Below, piece by piece: positions 12,501-22,809 of a stretch of 64,000 bases of DNA. Each line of letters starts with the position of its first letter. Within the stretch, counting starts at the first letter, position 1. The notes under the pieces were generated by a model. It was given only the letters and a program-made list of their open reading frames with translations, searched no databases and was not told the DNA's origin. Location of the stretch: the NCBI GenBank assembly GCA_001179505.1, contig CDMY01000376.1, positions 1 through 64,000 on the forward strand, in the 5' to 3' direction. Both the position numbers and the translations under genes were made by a program. Source of the DNA: Vitrella brassicaformis CCMP3155 (Eukaryota > Protista > Chromerida).

Positions 12501-13176
12501 GGAGCAAGAGCAAGTCGGCCCGCGCTATGAGCCTTACGTTCAACAAGACACCGCTCGCACCTGGTGAGAGACCGAAGAAACACAATGAGGCCGTTCGTTT
12601 ATGTGTTCTGTGTCTGCATCTCTTTATCTCAGTGCGTGAGGAGGAGGAGCAGCACGGATTGTGCCACATACACGCGGCCCCCTCTGGCGACCGCAGCCCC
12701 CCCTCCCCCTCCCCGCCCCTCTCCCCCTCGCCCCCAGACTTAATCGTCGCCTCAGAGACAGAGCTGCTCTCAGCCAACCTCCACCTCAGCCTGGAGCGGC
12801 TGTGCGTCCAGGAGACACTATTGCAGCAGCAGCAACAGCAGCAGCAGAGGTCGTCTTATTCTTCCCAGTCCTCATTGATGTGGTACGACTGTGTGGGTGG
12901 GGTTGAGGAGCTGCCCGACGACCGGCGGCTGGGCATCAAGGGGCCGCCTGCGTGTCTGCCGGAGCCAATTCCTTTGGTGGACATACCCGATGGGAGACAG
13001 TTTGACGTCCCATTCGTGCCGGGGGTGAGTGAGAAAGAAGCATACGGTGGCACACATCCTCAAGACTGTGTGTGTGTGTGAATGAATGTGTGTCTTAGGG
13101 CCCCACTGCTGCTGCCCCTGTGTTTGGCAAGGCCCTGCAGGCCTTCCAGACGCTCAGACGGGCGCACCAGATGTGA
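9553..13176 (+). CDS. Hypothetical protein with a probable PH-like domain; start uncertain; multi-exon
   Basis: GT-AG exon chain giving LWYWEQLWMLCGE-WLWRPCWMVLDVISEVLLILRR...RLHLDQFGEVQW...WLRIVF...MIFCFWSPEAAQHW-ESVLLKAA, a beta-strand run ending in a Trp-containing helix. It is followed by the long exon from 11645; a probable last exon ALQAFQTLRRAHQM* ends at 13176. Confidence 0.5.
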
Positions 13177-14315
13177 TCAACACATCGGTATGTGGCCATG
13201 CTGTGTGCGCAGGCCCCTGTGGGCGTTGTGAGGGAGTGAGTGGGATGTCGGGAACTATTGGTTGTGGTGTGTTCGTACGTTTAAAACTGCACAATGCGTT
13301 GATTGATGTATCGGTCCACAGACACACATGCAGGCAGCGCACGGACGGACGGACACACCACCGACAGACAAACTGTACGTACGATGGATGATCGCCAACA
13401 AAAACACATACACGCAATAGAATAGAATGGCTGTGAAATGTATGCAATCGGCCGCCACTCAATGGAGAGGTGCATCGTGCGGTTTCTGCACTGCTGCCAT
13501 CTCACCCCACCATCTGTTCCATCTCGATTGGGCCCAACCGAGGTAGAAACGATGACAAGGAAGTCAAGGACAATGCAGAGACCACATGAAGCATTTCTTC
13601 CTCTCTCGCCCATTTGCTCCTCTCTCCTCTCTGCTCGATCGATGACATGGCGACCGACAAACAGACACGACAAATCTGGTTGGCTGGCCGGGGCACATCA
13701 CATCACATCACGTGTGTGTATGTGTGTGTGTGGCAGCTGTCTCCTCCCATGCCGATGGATGGCACGGCGATTGCCACTGTTCATCGACACAGAGGCAAAT
13801 TCCGTGCCACCCACCGTCATGAGAGAAAAGAGCGCCCACAGAGCAGTGGTTGATGGCGCGCACAGGGAATAGCATAGCAAGTGAGTGATACATCCAGGCA
13901 TACGTACCAAGGATCAGAAAGCAGACGCGGGCAGGCAGGCAGGCAGGCAGGCGACTTACACAAGCGAGCGGGCGAGGTGAGGCGAGGCGAGCAGGGGACG
14001 TGTAGTGAGTGCATGGGGGCGAGAGGGCCACGTGTGGTCTGTCGTCTTGTGTGTCGTGTGAGGGTGTAGTGTGTGTACTGACCGACGGACGGATGAATCC
14101 TTCAGGGCGTGCGATGACTGACTGACTGACTGACTGAGCAAAAAGGAAGCCGTGCAAAACCTTCCTCTCTTGGCCCCCACCCCCACCCCCACCCCGCCCC
14201 GCCCGCATCGATAACAAACAAGAAGAGTAAGGGAGTCTTTACATACTCACTCAGACAGACATAAGTAGGCACTTAAGCACACAATAGCGACCGATGGATG
14301 GATGGATGGATCCCA

Positions 14316-17300
14316 TCATGCGACAGTGATCTCATGCGGCTGCTGCGTGCTGCCCTCTCCCTCCCCCTCTTCCCTCTCCTTGTCCACCTCTTTCTCCTCC
14401 TCTGCTGCTGCACCATCAGCAGCACCGCCAGAGGCAGCCCCACCAGCGGCGTCGTCGCCCTCCACACCACCACCACCCGTCCGCTCCTCGCCCTTACCCT
14501 CTACCTCCTTGGCCACCTCCCCCTCCTCCTTATCGATATCGTCATGCTTCTCAGTCACCACCTCACACACAGCCGGGGCCGTCTCCACCTTGCGATCGTC
14601 CTCCTCCTCCTCCGGAGTGCCCTCGATGGGTGCCGTCTCAATGGGGGCGGCCGGGTGCTGCTCGTCGTGCGTTGTGGTGGTGGGCGGCTCCGGCTGCTCG
14701 TGGTCGGCGGCCTCCTGTGTCACGGCGGCGAAGGGCTCCTGCTGGGCATCGGCAGCAGCCTCCCCCTCTCCCTCTCCCTCTCCCCCCTCCTCGAGGTCCT
14801 CCTCTTCCTCCTCCTCTCCCTCAGAGACATTGAGTGCGAATGGGTTGGTGCCCTTGACGCGGGCACTGGCACTACCGCTACCCCCGCTGCCCTCACCGCC
14901 CTCACCCTCGGCCCCCTTCAAACTCACAACACTCGCAGGCGGCGTCTGGGCGTGGGTGCCTGAGGACACACATGAGATGGTCAGTCACTCGGCCATACAC
15001 CATGCCATGGCTGTGCTGTGTGTGGTTTTGCAGGCTTGGCTTACTGGTGCTGTTGCGTTTCTTCTTGGTCTCCACCACACGCCAGCCGTCGTCCTTGGCC
15101 GCAGCTGGCGCAGGCACCGAGGCCACCTTGCCCTCCTCGGCCGTCGGCTCCTTACCCCCCTCTCCCTCTCCCTCTCCCTCTCCCTCCCCCTCCCCCTGAC
15201 CCTGTGTCTGTTCCTCCTTGCCATTGGCCTCCTCACTGGCCTGCTCCGGTGTGCCGCCGTCGCCGTTGCCATCGCCGCCGTTGGCCGACTGCGATTTCTT
15301 CTTTTTCTTGTGTTTCTTCTTCTTGGTGCTGGATGGCGTGGCGCCGGGTGGGCCCGGGTGGGCGGTGGGTGCGGTGGGTGCGGTGGGTGTGTGCGGTCCG
15401 TCGGGTGTGGAGAAGGGGGTCATGAACGCAGAGGGGCGAGGGGGGTGAGGGTGGGGGTGCGCGGTGAGGGCGGATGCGGACGCAGACGACGCCACGCTGT
15501 GGCGGGGGGCATCTGAACCACAAAACCAGAAATAAAGCAAAACGAACAGCAAAGGAAATAAATGGGTTCAGGTCATGGGTGTGGTGGATGGACTGGTGGT
15601 GCGGTTTGCGTACCGTGCTGCTGCTGGTGCTGCTGTGGGGTGTTTGTGTTGTTTGTGTTGGCGGTAGCGAACGTGTAGTTGCGGGCGTTCTTGTAGGCAG
15701 AAAAGTCCTAATGGCAAGCAAAGCATCCATCCATCACATGATATGATTGCAGTGAATGCACCAGCCAGCCATGTCATCATGCCTCCCTGCCTCCCTCCAT
15801 GTCATTCATGTTGGCACGGCTGAGGTGGGCACGGCGTGGCATGTGTTGTGTTGTGTTGTGTGTACCTTACTTTACTTACCTTCATGGCGCTGCTGTTGTC
15901 TTTGTACTGGATGATGTTATTGGCGTCCAAACTGCACACCTCACGCAAACGCTGCCTGCACACCACACCACACAGACAACACAGATAGTAAGCGTCAACA
16001 CAACGCAACACCCCACACATGATGAGGGGGAGGGATGTGTGTGTGTGTGTGATAGGTGGGCGTGTGGTGCGGCCGAGTCTTACCCGATGGCGAATCTGAT
16101 TTTGGGGTTGGTGTCGTTGCAGTCATTCCACAAAGCGATCACGTCCTCCTGACACACACACACATACCACACACATACATGTGTGTGTGTGTGTGTGTGC
16201 GGTTACCTTGTGTCTGCATGAGAGGACGCAGCCGACCACCTCGGCCATCTCAAACACCTCACCGATGCACGCCAACACCTAACACATCAAATCACATCAC
16301 ATCACACACATCATCATGTGTGGTGTCTGTGAATGTGTGGGTGTGGGTGTGGGTGGGATGGCTGATGTGATGACTCACTAGTTTCTCCCAGAGTGTGTTT
16401 AGGGTTTTGCCGTCGTCAGTCTTCTTGACACGTACGATCCAACAACCACCGTTCGGAAATTGCTGCACACACACACACACACACCATTCACACATACAGG
16501 ACCACCCAAACACAGGCACACTGTGTACTCCCTCCCCCCATCCCTCTCCTGTCCTCTCTCCTTGTGTGTGTGTGAGGTGACTGCCGTGACGTTGGCGTAC
16601 CTCCCACATGGGTCTGCATCCCTTGCGGAAGAGCGACAGGTTGAACTCACCCTCGATCTCAGAACCATGATGCATCCAACGATAGTACCTAGGTAGTGGA
16701 CACAACACAACACAACACACCACACCATACCATACCATCACACCGCAACACATCAATCACACAACACACGCAGAGAGAGATCTCCCACACCACTCACCAC
16801 ACACCACCCAGTCCCACGTTGTCTGGGTCCCTACCGGTAGAATCCCTCGACAGTGTTGAAGGTGCCGATGTGTTTGATGTGGCTGAGGTACTCGTCCAGC
16901 GTCATGTGCGGCGGGTGCGGGTGGGGGTGGGGGTGACCCTGACCCTGCTGGTGCTGGTGCTGCTGGTGCTGGTGTTGCTGGTGCTGGTGTTGCTGCTGCT
17001 GCTTGGCCTTGTCCCATGCCGTGTGGTCCCGCTTCTCGAACCAGAAGGTCCAAGCGGTCTCCAACGGATGCTCGCCCTCATTGTACTCACCCTGACGCAC
17101 CTTGATCTCCTGTTGACACACAGGGAACACACAACCACACACACACACACAGACAGACACACACATGCACACGGCGGTGGTGCCGTGTGAGGATGAGGTG
17201 ATGTGTCAGTCGGTGGCACTCACGGCGTGTGTGGGTCGTGGGGGTATGATGATGTTGCCGTGGCTGTCGTGCGCCACCGTGCCGTTGGATGAGGAGGCCG

Positions 17301-17376
17301 ACTCGTGGAGGGACTTCTTCTCCCATGCCGTGCGCAGGTGCACTCCCCCCGAGCCGGAGGATGCGGACCTCTGCAT
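14316..17376 (-). CDS. eIF4E: eIF4E family cap-binding protein, class II (4EHP/nCBP)-like, with long acidic C-terminal extension; multi-exon
   Basis: EHPLETAWTFWF, YLSHIKHIGTFNTVEGFYRYY, LSLFRKGCRPMWE, GGCWIVRVKK, LWEKLVLACIGEVF, VVGCVLSCRHKEDVIALWN, LREVCSLDANNIIQYKDNS. Splice phases continue in frame into A/E/G-rich tail exons ending at 14316. An in-frame stop lies just upstream of ATG 17376. Confidence 0.9.
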
Positions 17377-17639
17377 GCCGTCACAGGAGCCGAATCACAC
17401 AGACGAAACCAACCAGAAAAACGACGGCTATCGATTGTCGCGCCGTGTAACGGTTTGCGAGCTGAGAGCATGCACCAGACAGCACAAGCAAAGCGAGGGA
17501 GGCCGGCAATGGGTGCAGAGATCTGTCATCGTCTGACTCTGATGCGTTTCTGACTGTCAAGATCCGCTTCCCGCACAGCAATCGTCACGAGGCCTGCAGC
17601 AGGTCGCGCCTGGGCGTCCTCTTGGCGTGTGGCTGACGC

Positions 17640-18380
17640 ATGTCGGTTCAGTTCGCCTCGCAGGACGTCATCATCCCCAACCACACACACCTGCCGACTG
17701 CTGCCACTGCCGCTGCCGCCAGCTATTCGTCGCTGAGACCAGCACCCAGCGGATTGGTGCGCTTCACGAGTGTGGCTGCTGGCCGGGGTGGTGAAGGTGA
17801 CAGGGAGGGCAGGAAGGAACATGTGTATGGGGAGGTGGCCTCTGTGGTGGCCTCAAAGCAGGTGGGTGGGTGAGTGAGTCTTCAAGCAATGACACACACA
17901 GACAGACAGTAGCATGCACGGCACGCTGCTAAGGTATGCATGGTTTCTCGGTGTGTGTGTCTGTCTGTGCGTCTGTGTCTGTGTGCTTTGCTTTGCTTTG
18001 CTTCATTCACTCATCTCACTCACTCAGGGCCTTGGTGATGGCATTCCACATCAACCGTCCCACCAGCACCCCGACCACCGCACCAGCACAGCGAGCCACA
18101 GCACCGCCGCCACTTCAGCTGACGGCACATCAATGCAGGACCTCCCTGCAGCCCCTGCTGCATCATCATCATCAGCAGCATCTGCGTCCTCCCGTCCGCC
18201 CCTGCACCCCTCCCTCCCCATCCCCAACAGGCAGGCTTTCGTCCCGCCACCCATTCAGACCAGGCGAGAGCGGACGGCGAGCGATGAAAGAGCCGGGCAG
18301 CCACAGCAGGGCGGTCTGGGTATCGGTGTGGGCCAGAGGCCTGGTGCTGTTGGTGGTGGTGAGAGGGTCTCAGGTGCTGC

Positions 18381-18413
<33 letters not shown>

Positions 18414-20352
18414 GCCGTCAGCTGCAGCAGCGGCGATGCGGTACGCCACTCCAGCTGCGAGGAGGCTGGCTGCGAAGCTCGACCGACTCGACGAAATGAC
18501 CTGGAGGTCAGTCAGTCAGCCAGCCATTCACCAGACTCACCGGTGACGCATACCATAAATAGTCTCCTTTCTGTCCTCTCTCTCTGTTATGTTGCTTGCT
18601 TTATGGACATATCGATTATCGGTCAGGGTGTGTCGGTTTTTGTTTCGTCATCTTTTGGCGTGGCAGCACCGCGAGCGCGACTTGCAGATGGTGCAGTCGT
18701 CCCCAGCCACAACTGTCAACCGGTCGCCGTCACGGCAGCTGGTGGCCTCGAGGGGCCGGTCAGGCTCAGCGAGCAGCAGGAGGGGCGGGGGAGGGGGAGG
18801 GAGTGGGGTTGGGGGAGTGTTCGGCAACAGCCGGTCTGACAGCACCCGGATGGACGCCAACAGCGCATCGGCGCACTTCCAAGAGAGGCTCTTCATCAAG
18901 AAAAAGTAAGTCACTGAGTGGGTCAGTGCAGCGAGGGGAGGGGAGGCAGGCTAGGGTGGGGTGAGTGGGTGGGCCAAAGGAGGTGCGGTGCAGTCAGCTC
19001 AATGTATGTAATGTGTTGTTCGTGTCCGTCTCTCTGGTCTGCGTGTGTGTGTTGTGTTGTGTTGTGTTGTGTAGTTTCCGGATTCTGGTGCCGTTGTGGG
19101 TGGGGATAGTGCCGCCATCGACACTCTACAGGGCCAAGTCCATCAAACGGAATTTCCCGGTACCTGACGTAAAGACGTGACGGTGAATGGGTGTGGTTGG
19201 CCATGACACTCATGGTGCGGACGGACTGGATCGGTGTATCCTTTCCTTCCTTTGTGTGCGTCATGTATGTGGTTTTCAGTTTCCGAAGTTCTCGGAGTTG
19301 TTTCAGTTCATCCGTCGTCTGTGTCGGCGCGCGCAGCTGAGCTCTGAGTGCCCCGTCATCTGCCTCATTTATATCGAACGACTCATGGTATGGTGGGGGA
19401 GATATATGAGACAGACAGACAGACAGAGAGATGGCAGGCAGGCCAGGGTGGGGTGGTGCTTCCATGTTGGCGAAGAGGATGATTTGTTAAATAACACGTA
19501 GCACCGGAGGTCTATCCCAGTGATCGGTCGATGATGGGCTAAGTACCTCTAAGAAGAACTGATGTCCAATCCTTCCATGCATTGAATGCATTTCCATCCC
19601 CATCTATGTCTCTCTCCTCCCTCTACCGATGCGATGCCCACTGCACTGTATGTGTGCTGTGTGTGCTGTGTTGATCTGATCAATCAGTCTTTGACGGATG
19701 TTGAGCTGACGGCGACAACGTGGAAGCCTTTGGTGCTGGCGGGTCTGCTGCTGGCATCCAAGGTCTGGGAGGACATCTCATGCTGGAACATCGAATTCGC
19801 CGACATCTGCGAAGACTTCCCCCTCAAGTCCATCAACCAGGTGAGTAAAGGTACTCACACACAAACTAACGAACGGCACACACATGGCATGGGTTGGTGA
19901 GGGAGGGAGGGAGGGAGGGAGGGAGTGCGATGATTTATTTGTCCTGTGGGGCATGAATGAGTGTAGCTGGAGCGGTGGTTCTGCGGTTACCTTGACTTCA
20001 AACTCCACATCGACGGATCGCTCTACGCCAAGTACTACTTCGAGCTACGGTAGGTACGGTCAGGACAATCCCTCTGCGCCCATACACACACGAAAGAAAG
20101 CGTCAAACCGTCAGACCGTCTGTCATTTTTGATGCAGAGAGCTGGGCCCCCCACCATGGCACCAGCCCACCACTCACCCCAACCCCAGCCCCCACCCCGC
20201 CCAGCAACAGCAACAGCAGGAGCCGTCACAGTTGCCCGACCGCAAGACGTCCTACCACGTGTCGTTCCCCCCGCCCACCGGCTCGCCGATCTCCATCCAG
20301 CGGGCCACAACCGCATTCACCATCACCAGCCCAGCAGCAACAGCTGAAGCTC

Positions 20353-20384
<32 letters not shown>

Positions 20385-21461
20385 TCCTCGGCAGAGCAGG
20401 TCATGATAGAGGAGAGGGCGGCCGAGCCGCTGCCTGTCTCGTTGCCGGCGAGGGTGGTGTCGCCTGCTGCTGGCATGGCTGTGGGTGTTGGGTTTGGCGT
20501 GGAGAAGCGGCCGGCTCTTGCCCCTGTGGCAGTGTCGATTCCTGAGCCGGTGCCTGAGGAGACCGTCACCGTCACGGTTGAGAGGCCTCCGCCCACCACT
20601 ATACAAGAAGAGAAGGACAGGGACAGGGACAGGGAGGAGGGGGAACGGGTCGTGCCTCTCGCGAGGGATGACATCAGGTGACTTGACGACTGCCACACGA
20701 GAAGCGATGGATGTACCGAACCACCATGTTTGTTTATGTGTCGTGTGCTGTGCCTGTCTGTATTCAGGTCTCGGTTTGTGATGCAGCAGCTGGCGCGACA
20801 TCACGTCACCGCCCAGCCACCGCCTAAAGCACAGCCGGCGCAGTCTGGTGGACAAGGGGGGCACAATCACAACCACAATCACACTCACCCCCCCGGCCAT
20901 GGCCATGGCCATCACCGCCCTCCCCACGCCCCCCCCTACCCCTACTCCCACCTCGTGGCCTCCCACCCTGCCCCACACCACCAAGCCTCTATGCCGCCCT
21001 CGGCAGCCATGCACCTGGTGCACTCTCAGCAGCAGCACACCAGACATAGCAACAATAGCAATTCAGACAACAACGGCAACCACCACAGCATCGGCAGCAT
21101 CGGCATTGAGGAGGCGAGTTTGTCTCACTCGTACCCGCAGCAGCCAGCCGGCCACACCGTCATCATGCAGCGGCTGCAGCAGCTGGAGTCGGCGGCCAAT
21201 CATGCAAACAACAACAATGCTGGTGGTGGTGGTGGTGTTAGTGTTTGGGAGAGGGAGACCATCTCGCCGAGGCGTGGGTACGTCAGCAGGCGGCGGGCGT
21301 CGTTTTCTCACCCTCGGTCGCCGGACAGAGATGCCATCAGAGAGGGCAGGCCGACTGTGGTGCGGTTTCCCCCTGTTGTGGTGTATGAGGGGGCCAACGG
21401 CAGCAGCACCAGCAACCACACACACAGGCAGGGCCAGGACAGGCAGCAGGAGGGCAACTGA
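17640..21461 (+). CDS. CCNY: Cyclin Y-like cyclin with long low-complexity N- and C-terminal extensions; multi-exon
   Basis: Cyclin box FQFIRRLCRRAQLSSECPVICLIYIERLM / TWKPLVLAGLLLASKVWEDISCWNIEF / INQLERWFCGYLDFKLHIDGSLYAKYYFELR matches the CCNY-type pattern (AQL..EC.I..L.Y.ERL; LASKVW.D; YAKYYF.LR). Confidence 0.88.
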
Positions 21462-22809
21462 GTCGGTCTGTATGTCTGGGTGAGGTGATCTTCCTTCTGC
21501 TTTTTGGAGGGTTTGTGTGTGTTTGTGTGTCTGTGTGTTGGGAGTGAGTGAGTGAGTCGTTTTTGCTTTGACGGTCGACAGACAGACGAGTGGCGGACGG
21601 ACGGTGGACGATACGATTGCTCTGGTTGATTGAGAGGCTGTATAGCGAACGCCTGATGGGCGGGCGACATGGGGGTGCTGTCTGTGTTATCTATCTACAG
21701 ATTGATTACTTACATAAGCTGTGTGATCGAATCGATGGATGGGTGGCCTTTATTGACAACGAATTTGTCCGTCCGTGTGTATGTATGTGCGTGCATGTGT
21801 GTGTCAATGGATCCATGCATGCCTCCCTCCATGAGCGGGGCACACTAAACATCCATAGACACACAGAGAGCCAGCCAAGCCACAAAGGCAGGATGGAAGG
21901 AAAGGAGGCAGGTCGACACTGTCGACGGTACCCATTCAGGATGGATGGATGGATGGATGGATGGGCGTGTGTGTGTGTTGGAGGGATATTTATGAGGCCT
22001 CTTCGCTTCTCCTGCCTCGATCCCATTTATGTGTATCTGTATGTATGTGGGTGGGGCCACCGCTGTTTTTCGTTGGAAATGTTTGTATGCATGTGACACT
22101 ACACGCACATACATACATACATACACGGACAGGGGGAGGAGGCCCTGACTGCACGGGTGGCCACGTGGGTTTCTGCGTGAATGAATGCAGTGGTTTCTCG
22201 ACGGACGGATGGACGGACAGACGCATTTTAACAGTCAGTCGACAGACACCCCCCGCCCGCCCACAGGCAGACAGACACAGGCAGAAGTGAGTGCGGGAAT
22301 TGCTTTTTTTTGTCACTCTGCTGGCTGCATGTTCTGTATGACTTGCTTGCAAGACGCGTGCGCCCTTACATGTATGGGTGCCTGCTTCACTGGCTGCCAC
22401 ACCAACGGCAATCGCTGCATCCATCGTTCTCTTTCCCGTTCGTTCTTGTTGTCTTCAAACAATGACAGACAGACATGCGACTGTGTGTCCGCATCATATA
22501 TGTGGTGGTGTGGTATGAATGACGTTCGTCTTGTCTTGTCTTGTCGATTGACCAATCGCAACTCTCTCTCTCTCTCATGCAAAAGACTGGCTACGCAGTC
22601 AACCACATCGCTCCGTGGCAGTCAACTACGTGTCCCCTTCCTTCCCTGTCTGTGTATCTATCTATCATGTGTCTGTCCTCCTCCCCTCCCTCTTTGCTAA
22701 TCCATCCGTCAACCCGCCATCGATCATACATACATGCATCTTGGCCCATCTAGCTATCACTCGCCCCCCTCCATACATCGTATGGATATCATTTCTGCGT
22801 ATGAATCAA

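Noticed and set aside
11641-12777. 378-aa minus-strand ORF (and similar long antisense ORFs at 14302-15516 +, 25302-26288 +, 50089-51486 -, 50897-52039 -)
   Set aside because: Shadow ORFs opposite real GC-rich exons. The other strand has proper splice sites and recognisable motifs.
16398-16407. tttagggttt telomere-like word
   Set aside because: Lies in the eIF4E coding exon (AAA ACC CTA AAC = KTLN); a single chance unit.
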